Positions 1 through 13,551 of a DNA stretch of 48,485 nucleotides are shown here, in pieces. The position numbers and the translations under genes were made by a program. Numbering within the stretch: the stretch's first letter is position 1; every line of letters begins with the position of its first letter. The notes beneath the pieces are model-generated. The model was not told the origin of the DNA. It searched no databases and saw only the letters and a list, made by a program, of their open reading frames with translations. Source of the stretch: Vezdaea acicularis. Its lineage: Eukaryota. The stretch is from assembly GCA_026025075.1 (NCBI GenBank), contig JAPEUI010000120.1:1-48485 (forward strand), written 5' to 3'.

Positions 1-55
1 GCTCCTTTCTATACACCGAGCATGTGCCAACTCCGAACCCCGGAACAAGGACCAC

Positions 56-1499
56 CTAGTTGTATTGCATGTAAGTCGAAGTCGAGTTGAACTTCAAGTT
101 CCCCTTGATGACTTTGTCGACTGCACTCAGGAAGTCCTTCTCTGTGGCGACCTTTCTCCTTGCACGAATGGCAAACATGCCAGCTTCTGTGCAGACACTT
201 CGTAGTTCAGCGCCTGTAGAATTTGGACATAGACGTGAGATGAGCTCCCATCTGACATCCCGTTCAACAGACATACTCTTAGCGTGAATGCGAAGAATGT
301 TTGCTCTGCCGTCAAGATCAGGCAAAGAGAACTCAACTTTCCTGTCGATTCGGCCAGGACGCATCAACGCAGGATCAAGAGTAGAAGGTCGATTTGTGGC
401 AAACATGACTTTGATGTTTCCTCTTGCGTCGAAGCCATCAAGTTGAGTGATGAGTTCCAGCATGGTCCTCTGGACTTCGTTGTCTCCGCCAGCACCATCG
501 TCAAATCGCGCCCCTCCTATCGCATCAATCTCATCGAAAAAGATGATGCAAGCCTTCTTAGTCCGCGCCATCTCAAAGAGCTCTCTTACCATCCTCGCTC
601 CCTCTCCAACGTACTTTTGTACAAGCTCGCTGCCGATGACTCTAATGAAGGTCGCATCCGTTCGGTTGGCTACTGCTCGGGCACACAGAGTCTTCCCCGT
701 CCCAGGAGGACCATAGAGAAGGACGCCTTTGGGTGGGTCAATACCAAGGCTGACGAACCGCTCTGGAGATAGCAAGGGCATTTCGACGACCTCGCGGAGC
801 TTCTCAACTTGTTCCTTACATCCTCCAACATCCCCATATGTGACATCTGGCTTTTCCTCTACAGTCATCATCGTAACGCTCGCGTCGATTTTCGGAGGCA
901 GTGGGAGCATGATTTGGTACTTGTGTCGGTCGACGCTGTAAGAAATTAGTATAATCTCCATCTCAAAAAAACGATATCCTTACCCAACTCTCATTCCTTC
1001 CTCGATGTCTGTTGGGCTGACTCTGTCGCCCAGATTTACCACGAACTTTGCTATTTGCTTTACGTTGATGACGTATTTACTCTTTTCTGTATCCTTCTCG
1101 TCTTGTATGATCTTGGTACATCGTGCAACTTGGTAGGGCTGTTCTTCTTGCATTCGCTGTCGGTCCGCAGCTACGTCCCAAAGATGCGGTGGTGCAAGTC
1201 CAGTATCAGACTCTTTTACCCCAATCTTCTCATTCACACTTGTCTGCTTCGCTTTTATTTGTGATTCTAGATTCTTTAGTGCGGCAGCATATGGCGCCGC
1301 TCCGTAAGTCTTGAGAACTTGGATGTCCCTGAAACCGAGTCAGCACACGAGCGAATCTCCCTGAGAAGGGTTTGAGAAAGGGATGCAGGAGTTCCAGGAC
1401 TCACTCGTCGGAGAGGGGGGTTATCTTCTTTTCTGGCTCTTCATCATCCGCGAAGTTTTTCTTGTACTTCTCCCAGCTTTGCCCTGTGGCGCTCGGCAT
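56..1499 (-). CDS. RPT1: 26S proteasome regulatory AAA-ATPase subunit 7 (Rpt1/PSMC2); 3 exons (~1499-1405, 1328-~984, 935-56)
   Basis: Walker A GPPGTGKT, Walker B FFDEID and [24 protein letters not shown] motifs; N-terminal [15 protein letters not shown]-terminal ..YMQYN. GT-AG introns (GTGAGT at 1404, GTAAGG at ~983) join [14 protein letters not shown]... to the ORFs in frame. Confidence 0.97.
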
Positions 1500-1700
1500 T
1501 CTGAATACGAGTCGCCTTGAGAATTACTACGTGACGCACTCTCAAGCCTGATCTGAGATAGGTTGTTGAAGCACAGATTCTGTAACCAGCCAATACCTCA
1601 GTGTTGTCGATAGAAGATCTGCGATGATGAAGAGAGTTTAGGAAAGCTGTCTTGATGAGTTCTGTCACGATATACTGAAGGCGTCTCCGGGATTCGACGC

Positions 1701-1706
1701 AGCTCC
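1701..1706 (-). promoter_or_regulatory. GGAGCT hexamer in the RPT1/CCT4 divergent promoter; possible Rpn4-type proteasome control element of filamentous ascomycetes
   Basis: AGCTCC on + lies ~200 bp upstream of the RPT1 ATG. It is only a 6-mer, so support is weak. Confidence 0.25.
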
Positions 1707-1865
1707 TAAGCGCTAGCCGTTGATGGACTAGCGTCAAAACGCCGAAAGTTGAGAGCGACGCGATTTTAAATATTTCCCAGCGGCCTGGGACAAGCTTCAT
1801 ACCCTAAGTCGATCGATACTCCAGTAGCTTAGATCTCTTACAGTGATCTTAAAACACTTGGAATC

Positions 1866-4005
1866 ATGGCTGCCACACAGGTTGCGAGCAATTCCACAAA
1901 CAATGCCTTCAAAGTTAGTTTCGCCGCATACTACAATTGCTTCACTTTGGTAATTGAGATATGCAGGACAAGGAAAAGCCTGTGGCCGTCCGAACTGCAA
2001 ATATCGTAGCTGCGAGGGGTGAGTTGTCAGAAAGGGGCGTTTCTGCGGTCCCTAGTACTCACTAACTCTAACAGCGGTTGCGGATGCTATACGAACCGTA
2101 AGCTTGCGTCAGTAGTATTGTCTACTTCTTTTGACACTGACAAATGAGCTTAGTCTTTAGGCCCAAGAGGCATGGATAAGATGGCAAGTAATATCGCTTG
2201 AATTTTAGGATATACGTGATTAACACAATATCTCAGATTCAAACTGGCAAAGGCGAAACTATAATAGTAAGTCTGCCACAGGTCTTGCACTTGCAACGAA
2301 GCCAACTGTACATAGACGAACGACGGCAACACGATGCTGAAGGGAATGAGCGTGATGCACCCTGCAGCAAAGATGCTGGTTGGGCTTTCCGCTGCTCAGG
2401 ATGTCGAAGCAGGCGACGGAACCACGTCAGTGGTCGTGATAGCTGGCAGCTTGCTGGGTGCTGCAGACAGACTGCTGACGAAAGGCAAGTCAAAAAGAGA
2501 ATCCTTTGCGAAGCGTGTTGGCTGACTTCTACTAATCAGGTGTACACCCAACGATCATATCTGAGGCATTCCAAAGAGCCGCTGCAGCAGCCGTCCAAGT
2601 ACTCCACGATATGTCACAGCCAATCTCGCTCTCAGACCGCGCCACATTACTACAAGCTGCATCAACGTCACTATCTTCCAAAATCGTTTCACAACATTCA
2701 AATCTTCTCGCCCCGATGGCCGTAGACGCTATCATGAAGACAATCGACCCCAAATCAGCCGATAACGTTGACCTTAAGAACATCAGGATTGTGAAGAAGG
2801 TTGGCGGCACAATTGAAGATAGCGAGATGGTTAATGGACTCGTGCTCACTCAAGGAGTAATGAAAAGCGGCGGTGGACCGGCCAGAATGGAGAAAGCAAG
2901 GATAGGGTTGATACAATTCCAATTAAGTCCTCCTAAGCCGGATGTGCGTATCTTGTTTTAGGTTTATCTTACAACCTGGTTACTGACACCATCTAGATGG
3001 AGAACCAAATTGTTGTAAATGACTACAGACAAATGGATAAGATCCTGAAAGAAGAGAGGAATTACCTCTTGGATATGGTCAAGAAGATCAAGAAGGCGAA
3101 GTGCAACGTACTACTCATCCAAAAGTCTATACTCCGAGATGCGGTCAATGACTTGTCGCTGCACTTTCTATCAAAGCTGAAAATCCTCGCAATCAAGGAT
3201 ATTGAGAGAGATGAGGTGGAATTCATCTGCAAGGTACAAGCTATCAATTACTATGGTTACTAAGCTGGCTAACGACTGCTCAGAGTACTGGGTGCAAACC
3301 AATTGCGGACATAGACTCCTTCACGGAGGACAAACTCGGCTCCGCGGACCTGATTGAGGAAGTGCAGTCTTCCGGGTCGAGAGTTGTCAAGGTCACAGGA
3401 GTTAAGAACGCAGGCCATACCGTTTCGATAGTATGTCGTGGCGCCAACTCCTTGATTCTCGATGAGGCGGAGCGAAGTTTGCACGATGCACTGTGTGTCA
3501 TTCGGTGTCTGGTGAAGAAAAAGTGAGCAAGACGTAGCACTTTCTTTATCATCTCAGTGCCTTTTTTACTAATTCCCAATATAGGGCACTGATCGCTGGT
3601 GGAGGTGCTCCAGAGATTGAAATAGCGTCACAGCTTGCAAAACAATCTAGATCTCTCAGTGGGACCGAAGCGATTTGCTTTAAAGCGTTTGCAGATGCCA
3701 TGGAAGTCATACCAACTACGCTCGCCGAGAATGCCGGGCTTAACTCCATTAGAGTAGTCACAGATCTCCGCCATCGACACGAATTTGGAGAAAAGAATGC
3801 TGGAGTCAGTATAAAGAGCGGGGGGGTAAAGAACAATATTGCCGAGGAAAATGTCTTGCAGCCGTTGCTTGTTAGTACGAGCGCCGTTGAGCTGGCAGCG
3901 GAGACTGTTAAGAGTGAGTACACATTCGCGCTTTCATCAACTTCGCCTTTCTAATTGCATGATGTAGCCATCCTTCGAATAGATGATATCACGCTAAGCC
4001 GTTGA
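1866..4005 (+). CDS. CCT4: Chaperonin CCT/TRiC subunit delta; multi-exon, with several 23-30 nt exons and two GC-AG introns
   Basis: Spliced translation gives [80 protein letters not shown] and a C-terminal [11 protein letters not shown]. Confidence 0.96.
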
Positions 4006-4684
4006 TTGAGAGATTTTGCGCGTCGAGATAACTGGGTAAAATCTGTACCATAACTATTGTACTATGAATGCATAGCCTGTGTTGGGTGGTCGTCTGATAT
4101 TCTCGCTTGCTTTGGAGCGTGACGTACGCATGGTACGTTTCGCGAGGCTTGGCTATTCTGGGTTGAAGCCAAGCCCGGACGTAAGCTGTGACCAGAGCCT
4201 CTACGAGCTCAGCTCGGTCACCCGGTCTTGGCAAGGTTCACTGCTCTCTCATGGCCGACCGATATGCAGGCGAAATAAGGGTTACCTCCAGAGATGCCGT
4301 AGCCTATGCGCCCTTTCTTCATATAGAGTAGTCGAAGAGGTTTATTTATATCTCGCCGCATCTGTAAGGACCGTAAGTCATGACGCTGTCTTCAGCCTAA
4401 AAATTACCCTGACCTACAAAGTCATCTATGCACACATTATCTTTATAGGAGCATATATACAAGCCAATTCTCCCTCTGAACCTGTCAGAAATAGCTAAGT
4501 CTCCGAAGCTATTCATCTCCGTATTACGCTAGTCGAGGGGAAACTCCGCCCCGCCTTCGTACCCCGAACTGCTGGCAATTGGTGCTCGCGCGTTTGAGTC
4601 TGGAAGAAGATTCCTGTCTTACCAAACAGCAATTCTATATCCCAGTCTTCCTTTTCCATTGCTCTTTGGCGCCATTTTCTCATT

Positions 4685-7600
4685 ATGGCCAGCACCATCG
4701 AGGCGCCCCACGACAGGGCGCTGGCGAGCAGCCCAAACGGATCCGCATTACCTCTAGCGCACGCTTCAACTGAGTCGCAGATCAAACAAACTACCAGAGA
4801 TCCTAAAGCCACGCCTGAAGGTCAGATCCTCACGGGTCGACAGGAACACTGTTTGTTTCCCATCCAGATCTTCGGCGGCTTGAGCTAACGTGGCTATCGT
4901 AGATCTGAAGAGGGAGCTCATTTCTCAACAAGTCAAATATGAAATCGCTGAACTCTCTTCCCCCACGGCTCTCCAGAGATTTGGAGCTCCTTTCAGGTCA
5001 GAGTATGGAGAGGTTGCTCCGATTGACTCGGAGTTGCCGATCCTTCGATACATATTCGTTCATCATGTTCGCAACTTTCCATTCCTTGACCAAGCACGGG
5101 AAAAGGAGTTCTGGCAAGACAAGCTACAAATTGTGAGACCACTCTGCCATGATGGTATGAACCTTTTGCTGACACAGGTAGTTCCTCGAATCATTTGCGA
5201 ATAAACATGTTTCTTCTTCCGAGGACAGGCTAGAAGAGACGAAGAGACGAAAGCTTGCCTTGAAGGCGGAGAAACTTGTGGAGTTAATGATGGTTTCTGG
5301 AATACCTACAGCTTCCGGATATGAGGAACGTATACGTTTTTCAGAGCTTGAAGTCGTGGATAGGGGAGCGAATGATCAGGGGCTTCTGGTAAACATGCCT
5401 GAGGGAAACACGATCAATGGATGGGACATCAATGTTGCTGCGGTGCGGACAACATCAGTCAAGCGAAATATACGATATCATACACATGCTGTAGGTGATC
5501 TCCAAGAGGCTTCTCCGCGTGCCGCTCTATACTGCAGCTGACTTGCTCGAAGGAGTTCATTCTACGGATCAAACGAGCAGACCAACCTCAGATCTACATT
5601 GGCCGTAGGTACGGCGACTTTCAAAAACTCCATAAGAGACTGCACACAGAGTTGCCTGGAAAAGTCCTCCCTCCCTTACCCCGCAAGAACAAGACCTCTA
5701 CCACTTCAAGTTTTCTGTCTGCCGGTGGAGATGATGACGCTTCCTCTATTTCGTCGGTTTCAACCCAAGGTACCGCACAAACTGAGATGACAGAGCCGTA
5801 TCGTGGACTTCTAGGCCATCGTCGTGCTCCATCTCAAACACCGTCTCTGAGCGGATCCCCTCGGGCGTCTGGTGAATTCAATCATGAACCCGTCAGACTT
5901 TACAGGGAGAACCAAAGAGTCTCCCTCCGCGCCTTTTTACGAACTGTTCTTCAGAATCCACAGATAGCTGGATCTAAAGCGATGGTAGGATTCCTTACCA
6001 GTAACCCTATTACCTTGAATGAAGAAGAGAAGGGAGACATGGAACGCAGGAAGGCTATGGATGAGAAACGCATAGAAGACCAGCAGAAATTCTATGAGAT
6101 CGCTAGGCAGAGAGCAAAAGAATTAGACGTCTACATGGAAAAGTTTCGAAGAGATGTGGTCGAGCGCAGTAAGTAGTCAAGGGAAAAATCGACCATTTGC
6201 TAATTCGAGTAGACGGTTTAACGAGTCTGTTCAAAGAGATCCGAGAGAAGGATAAGATTGACGACCTTAGTCTGGAGTATAAAAAGTTTGCGGAGTGGCT
6301 CAGAATAGAGTAGGCTCCCATATAAACGTTTAAAGGGTGTAGTCTTACTTAACATAGGGTGGCTGCTACCGTATACCATCTATTTCTGGCTGAGGATAAT
6401 TCCCCAGAGCTGTTTGCCCAGGCAAAGCGTATACATTCATTAATTCCATATACGATACTCAAGAACGTCATTCGAATAGCGAACCCTGCAGCAGTTATGA
6501 GTGGAGTCCTTGATCTCTTCATGGCGCAACCATTTGGATCCAGATCGTTGTTACAGCGAATTTTCTCAATGACCCTAAATGATGGCATCAAGATCTTTCA
6601 GAAGGCGATTGACGCTTTAACGACCAAGATAGAAGATCCTGTTCTCTGTGATAAAATTCATAGGTTTGTCAACGCGGAGGAAGAGAAGAAGAATATCATT
6701 AGGAACGAAGCACTCATTGAAGACGTTGATCTAATAGTCGCAATATTGCGTTCTGAGCTCCTAGAACCCGAACTGTCGCCCGAGCAGATTGGCAAGGTTT
6801 TCAATGCTTTCGTCGCATGGAATAGCGCGGTTGACAATGTTGACGACGAGATGAAGAGCGGCGCGCAGCTCTTTTCTCGCCTCAAGCAGCTCCTCAAATT
6901 ATATACAAGACAGCGAGACAAAGCTATGATGCTTAGCATCGTCGAAGAAGTAAGTAAGATCCTACTATTCATAAAGATATTCATCTGACTGTCACAAGCC
7001 CGTAACTATCCAACTTTTCCGAGACCTTTTTACCATCTTCTATGAACCATTAATCCGCGTCTATAAGTCTGCCAATGTCTATAGCAGTGTGACCGACTGG
7101 GCAGTCTTCGCGGACGATATGTTCCAAGTCGTCGAGAAAGCGCAACGTCAAGATGTAGCTGCCGACCCTAATCAAACTGTGCAGTCTTTCATCGATCTAT
7201 GTCAGCGACATGAGCACAATTTCTACAAGTTTGTGCATGAAGTGCATATCCACGATAATGGCCTTTTTGATCAGCTCATGGGGTGGATAGAAGGCATACT
7301 CGATTTCCTACGAAACGGGCCTAAGGGTGGCAAACTTGATATTAATGCATTAGTCAGGGGCGCTATGGACGTAAAGCAGATAGATAAGGACGAAGTACTG
7401 CGAGAAGCCGATGCTCTTGTAAAATGGCAGGAAGCTCGGAAGAAGTGGCACCAGGACAAAACGCGCCAGAAGATGGCTGCAGATGGCACTGCGCAGGTTG
7501 AAACAGCTCCTGGGGCAAACAGAATACGTGGCAGTGATTTTGGCCTTGACGAGGTAGTGTACATTCTTCCCACTTGATCTCAGTGCTGAAATTGCCGTAG

Positions 7601-7825
7601 ATGGACCTCCAGGAGCTCGACTTCGTCGATGACGATGAGATGAGCAGCGATGAAAACTCAGCCGATGACGAATTGGACCCTATAGCTGCTGAACGCAAAC
7701 GCAGAACTAAGAAGCAGGATCATTTGAGAAGGACCGCAGGTGAGCCATTGAAGCCTCTTGTCAGGGAAGTCCATAAATTGCAGCCAAGCTTCTTGGCGAT
7801 GTTGAGGATGGTCCTTGCGGACTAG
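4685..7825 (+). CDS. PX-domain protein with PX-associated N-terminal and DUF3818-like C-terminal regions (yeast YPR097W/Lec1-like); multi-exon
   Basis: LTGRQEHYLKRELI...FGAPF, HHVRNFPFL..FWQDKLQ, PX-like RRYGDF..L..ELPGKVLPPLPRKNK, LYRENQRVSLRAFLR, DLFMAQPFGSRSLLQRIF; GT-AG introns link the ORFs. Confidence 0.88.
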
Positions 7826-8214
7826 GGGATAAGTGGTATAGTTACTTGATTGCGAAGCATGGTGTGATCATTCAACAAATCCAGTTATGACTTCAAAGAC
7901 TTGCATGATTAGATTTGGCGCTTGTTTCACGAATTGTGTTTGAGTAGCAAGCGAATGCTCACAGGCTGAAGGTTTTCAGCTGGCAAAAATAAGGGGCAAA
8001 GATCATGTAGAGCTTAGGAACAACATGCACGTTTCATGAATATGTTCTTGATTCGTTTAAAACGCAGGAGTTGTCCATCCCAAGTAAAACGGCCATTAAC
8101 GAAACATGAAATCATCGCATAATCGTACAATCGGCCCAACAAAGGGCCGGCCAAAAAAACGAGCTCATAAGCCATATGAAAACATGATAGCCGCACTGCC
8201 CCTAAGTTGTTTCT

Positions 8215-8883
8215 TTACAACTCCTTAACATCTGGCTTCTCATCCACATACTTAGTAGACTTTGGCTTTGGGATGCTTGTCTCCTTATCTGACATGTTCC
8301 AATCATTGAGGTATCCAATGCCCACCGTTAGATAGGTTGCAAAACCTAACCATGCAAAATAGGGAGCGAGACACCATGCAGCAACTTGGTCCACCTGGCT
8401 CCAAACGTAGATGAGTGATCCGACCGTACCAGTAAGGATTACTATATCGGCGGTTGCCTCGATAGGGCGGTTGAGGCCGAAGAAGAGGGGCATCCAGGCA
8501 AGGTTGAGGCCAAGCTGGGTCACCCAAAGCGTAGCGCCTTTCTATGGGGTGGTGTGTCAGCGAAGGAGAGGGGAAAGCTAGCATGGGGCAATGTTTACCT
8601 TAGTGTATTCGATAGTCTGAGGGTTCAAGGAGGACATTCCATTAGTCCAGGCACGATAGGCTGAGTAGCCCATCAAGCCATAGAGAATGGTCCATACGGG
8701 TCCAAATACTTGGGGTGGTGGGCGGTAGGGTGGCTGCTTAAGGGCGAGGTAGGTCTTCTGAGTGTCTCTGGGTTGAACTGAGAATCCAACACCGGTGCCC
8801 AGCGCGATAGGGACAAGGATGGAGATAGCGGGAATGGAGAATATCTTCCCAGGGAAGGTGATTGAAGGGATGTAGCTCGTCAT
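8215..8883 (-). CDS. TspO/MBR family translocator protein; intron 8598-8542
   Basis: YLALKQPPYRPPPQVFGPVWTILYGLMGYSAY, QLGLNLAWMPLFFG and LAPYFAWLGFATYL are TspO signature helices. Confidence 0.93.
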
Positions 8884-9937
8884 AATTAGAGTGACTGCCG
8901 GGAAAAGAGCTAGGAAATGGATTGATTTAGCCAGAGAATGCAGGGTTGTGTCAATTGGACAGGGTGAGAGCAAGAGTAGACTACGTTCCAAAAGCAATGG
9001 ATTGTCTACTCACAGTTTATGAGTGTTCCGTATACTACAGATCTGCTTTGAGTACTATTTGCTTTCTTCCGTCTACATGTTCGAGCATTCACATTAGCCA
9101 GAGAATCAGGCAAGTTAGAGCTAGTTCTGTGTAACTCGGACGTACTGAATTTGAAGCTATGAAGCACAGTTCTGTCTAGTTTGAGACTAAGATGACAACT
9201 AGAGGGGAAGCTTGGTGTTTATATTAGCTTACTAATACCAGGCTGCTTGCTTCGCCGCTTTATGAGAAATATCATATTAAACACTCAAGTATGTGAAAAA
9301 GTAGCGACGTTAGACCCAAAAGAGACTCGCTCGGTTCGTTCCTTTTCTAGCGGCGGTGTTAGTTACATCCAATGAGCGCGTTCAAACGTAAAACTTAGCG
9401 TGACCTTCACTAACCGATGTGAAAGTAAGTCGCGCTACATTCAACAGCTTCAACTATCATCATTGCTTATGCTTGCGGCAATGCTGAGTTGACGATGTAA
9501 ATTGTCATCGAACTGATATCTCATCTTGTTGGTCTTCACTTCTCTCACCTTCCCCTATCACTTCAGCTCTCCGTACCCTTCGCAGTTTGACTGCACAACA
9601 CCTTGTTCCCTCATTCTTCTCACCCATTGGTGGGCGCTCTTCCTAGCACTTCAATTTGCTCCTCGATCGAATCTTCTTTTCTCCACGTCCTCCAAGCCAC
9701 TGCCTTATCCCTACCCTTTCACCCCTAAAGCTTCAGTTTTGACCCGTCCTAATGGCTTCCTCAAATAGCAGCTACGACAATCGGACGACTCTTCGTAGCT
9801 CAATCTTTTCCTGTGGCGTAACATAGCCAGTATCGGATAATCATACCGTTCAAATTACACCGTTCGGGTCAATAACAGCACAGAGCTTCGACTACTATTT
9901 GTCTGTTAGCGACGTACGGAGACTATAATTTTGTGCA

Positions 9938-12900
9938 ATGGACTCCTATAGCCACGGACGGGTTCCAGATCGTGGAGATGCCCCTCCTGCAGAGTCTCGG
10001 TTTGGGGTACGAGATGAGTTCGCGCGGTCTACTCCGGAAGCTACATATCGCAGACGTTCGCCGGGTAAGTTGAGCAGACTTGAGAATCTTCTCATACTTG
10101 AAGATCTGTTCATTGCGTCATTTGCTTCATTCACTTCCATTGAAAAACGAGCCTACTTTCACTTGACTCTTTTGTGTTGCTTGTGACATATTACGAATAT
10201 TCTCGCTAGCGAGGGGGTGGAAGCCTGACCTCTCGCACAAACTGCTGATGCATTACCTACTGTCTTCTCATTCATTGTCTCTTCAACAGAAAGGTTTTAG
10301 CCATGGACGAGGACGAAGTCTTGATCCGTTACTACTTTTTCGCAGAGATTGGGGAATTTGCTCCTGAACTCGGTCTACCTAATCTTAGTCCTCCTAGGAT
10401 CCCTTTGGATGACTATCTAGAGGATGCAGGCCAAATTCCAGCACCTACTAACGTGTCACCAACAGGTCCCGAGAATCGTCGTCCTCCTCGTCCACGAAAT
10501 CGCTCTCGTTCACCTGTAGCAATTGATCGATATCAGCCTGATCCTCGAAATTCTCGTGATGACTATTTTAGGGAGAGACGAGATGATCGGCGTCGAGCTC
10601 CGTCTCCTAATGGCCCCGCAAACATAGACCGCTACGTGCCTGGGCAAGAGACATCAAACAATTCTGTCATGGAACGCCTGGTTCAAGATCCTTTTAAACT
10701 AGAGTACCAAGTTGGGTTTTCTTATTTTGGGGAATGGTGGCGTCAAGAAAAAAACATCAAGGAGGACCGTGAACGTCAGCGTTCTGGCTCTCGGCGGCCT
10801 CCTCAACGTATAAAGGGAGAAGCCGAGGTTCGAGAGGAGCGCGAGAAGGAGAAGTCCCAGATTCAAGTTGCATATGACGCGTACAAAGAAACCTTACAGG
10901 TCAAGATGGCAAGATCATTTGTGCAGGCTCATAAGGGCGATGAATGGTTCAAGGAACGGTACATCCCCGAAGTTCGCGATGGTATCCGCCAACAGCTTGC
11001 GAAAGTTCGTGTATCCAACTACAGCCAATGGGAAAAGGACTTTGACGCGGGGTTGTTTGACGATTTCACCCTTGAAGGCATATACAAAAGCGAAAGTAAC
11101 GGTGTTGGAGGTGTCCTGGAGAAGGAAGAGGGCGAGACAACTGCGGCTGCAGAAGTACTCGGTGTTGGAGATCTAGTGCCACTCAAAGGCGGCGATCCTC
11201 CCGATGAAACGGCACAACAGCCAACTTTGCTGATAAAGACTATCGCTCCCAGTGTGAGCAGAGCGAAGCTTGAGGAATTCTGCATCGAAAACCTCGGCGA
11301 TACTGATGGGGGGTTCAAAAGCCTTAGCTTGAGTGATCCTAACCCCAGCAAGCGCTATCATCGAATTGGCTGGGTTATGCTGAAACCTGAGCTTAACACT
11401 GGTATTGCAACAGAAAGAGGAGATGGCAGAGATGAGGAGAAGGAGGCGATGGATGATGGGGCCTCTACTTCTAATGGGGTTGAAGAAAAGGTTCAAACGA
11501 CCACTGAAAAGGCATTGCAAGCTATCAACGCAAAGACAATTGTTGACGTGGTCCGCGGAGACTTCACTGTTCACGTGGGTGTGCACAATCCGTCCTCTCT
11601 AACCCGTAAGAAGGCTCTATGGGACCTATTTTCCTCTCCAGAGAGAATTGATAAGGACTTGACCCTTGCAATGCGAGTCGTGGCTAAGCTCGAGGAAGAA
11701 ATTAATGCTGGTTTTGAAGGGCTCGCCAAAATAGAAGAAAAGGTAGATGGTATGGTAAGCAATGGATTACTCCAACCTCCTACATCTGAGGTTTCCGGTA
11801 CCGATAAACCCAAGAAGTCACGGTACGAGCTTGACATGGATGTCGATGGAGGTGACATAGAAGAAGGCGAAGAGGATGAGATGGATGAAGACGAGGGGGC
11901 CATTGATGAAGAGGAGAAAGACGATGAGGAGATGCTCATCAAGAAGAAAAAACTCGATCTGATCGTTGAATACCTTCGCCGAGTTTTCAATTTTTGCTTC
12001 TTCTGTGTGTTCGAGAGCGATTCAGTTCATGAATTGATGAGGAAATGTCCTGGCGGCCATCTCCGTCGTCCAAGGGCCAGCCTCAGTACATCGGCTAAGA
12101 GAGCTGCTGTTGCCAGCGCTCTTGGAGAACCTTTCCCTATGAAGAAAGACTCCATGGAAGACCAAGATGCCGATGCGGGTTCACCGACGCAAAAATTCTC
12201 TAAGTTTGCATCCAAGAACACCCAACAACTTCAAAGAGCCTTCAACTGGGTCAAGACTTACGAGGAGAAGTTGATGCAACTTTTAGAGCCCGAGAACGTT
12301 GACCTCAAGAAAATTGGTGGAAAGCCAGTCGATGAGGCTCTTGAGGAGGAGTTGGAAAAGTTTGTTAAGCAAGAAGATGAAAACAAGTTTAGGTGCAAAG
12401 TTCCTGAATGCACTAAACTCTTCAAAGGCGTCGGCTTCTGGCGGAAGCATGTTGAGAAACGTCATCCTGAATGGTTTGGAAGTCTAAAGCAAGATGTCAG
12501 TATATCATCGCTCTTTTTATTGCGTGTCACTAACATCACCAGCTTATCCTTGTTAATACTTATGTCCTTGATCCATCACATATTGCGCCTTCTCGCTCAG
12601 ATGCCAACAGCAATGGCCACTTCCCTCCCGCCAACAATGCATACCCCGCTGGAACTCCGCGTGGCTTCAGCCTGCAGAACATGCCCCTCAATTTCGGTGC
12701 AATGCTCCCGGGTATGGGTGGTCCTGGTGCTTTCCCGCCATTCTTTGGCCCTCACGCTGTCACGGCTCCTGGACAGTGGGGCAATAGCAACTTCAACGGC
12801 AGTGACCGCCAAAATTCGGGCCCTATACGACGAGGGGGTGCTAACACCAGGTATGCACGTCCTGGGCCATATGATCGAAGGCCGAGAGATGGACGAGATA

Positions 12901-13097
12901 ATCGTTGGGGCAATGGCACTGGCCGCTCTAGCCCTCCTCGTAATAACGGAGGCCGCGCGCCTAGTGGTGGACGATGGGGTGACGGTGCTGGTGGTGCGGC
13001 TGTTGGTCCTAGAGAAGCTGTCCAAGGGAGGAGCTTAAAGAGCTACGAAGATCTTGATGCTGTGGGCGGAGGTGGATCTGGCGAGCTCAACTACTGA
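9938..13097 (+). CDS. SERRATE/ARS2 (SRRT, Pir2-like) RNA-processing effector; exons 9938-10064, 10466-12495, 12543-13097
   Basis: RS-rich N-terminus, FVQAHKGDEWFKERY, RRM-like LLIKTIAPSVSR..RIGWV, YLRRVFNFCFFC, C2H2 finger CKVPECTKLFK..FWRKHVEKRH, LVNTYVLDP, and C-terminal RSLKSYEDLDA...ELNY. Intron 10065-10465 has GTAAGT/TACTAAC/CAG. Confidence 0.92.
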
Positions 13098-13551
13098 ATT
13101 TCGGGGTTTTCTCAACACTGTCACCTAGTCAATGTGCGTTGATTGATCTGGGTCTGTTTGACATTGGTAGACATGCATATGCTGTCGGATTCACAGTTAT
13201 GTTTGCGCTGCAAACTGTGGTCCCTTTGCGAATGGCCTTGGCCTTCGAAGCTCTGCGAGATCGTTTGAATACTATTTGCTGTATTCAATTCTTCATGTAG
13301 TGGCGGCTTGACTAAGCATCCCAGACTACCTTAGTATTTATGTATTATCGATGGAAAAGATGTCTCTCAATGCTTCTAGCTTAGCATGAAGCCTGGTAAT
13401 TTCTTTATTCTAGAAAGCCCTTAAGTTATGTGAATTATATCTCGTTCGTACCAGTTCCACACAAGTCTCGAAAGCGGCTAGTGCGGGGTTTAGCTACTTT
13501 CCGACTTCAACAACCTATTGCCTGAGCATTCCCGCATCTCAAAAATTCTCA

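Noticed and set aside
4188..4221. Small hairpin GTGACC-AGAGC...GCTC-GGTCAC downstream of CCT4
   Set aside because: Short, isolated and compatible with chance or ordinary 3' UTR structure.
9348..9392. A-box/B-box-like words (TAGCGGCGGTG...GTTCAAAC)
   Set aside because: No cloverleaf stems can be formed; it lies in the TspO/ARS2 promoter region.
12496..13038. Hydrophobic C-terminal tail of the 911-aa ORF
   Set aside because: Artefact of reading through intron 12496-12542; the spliced frame gives the conserved ARS2 C-terminus ending at 13097.
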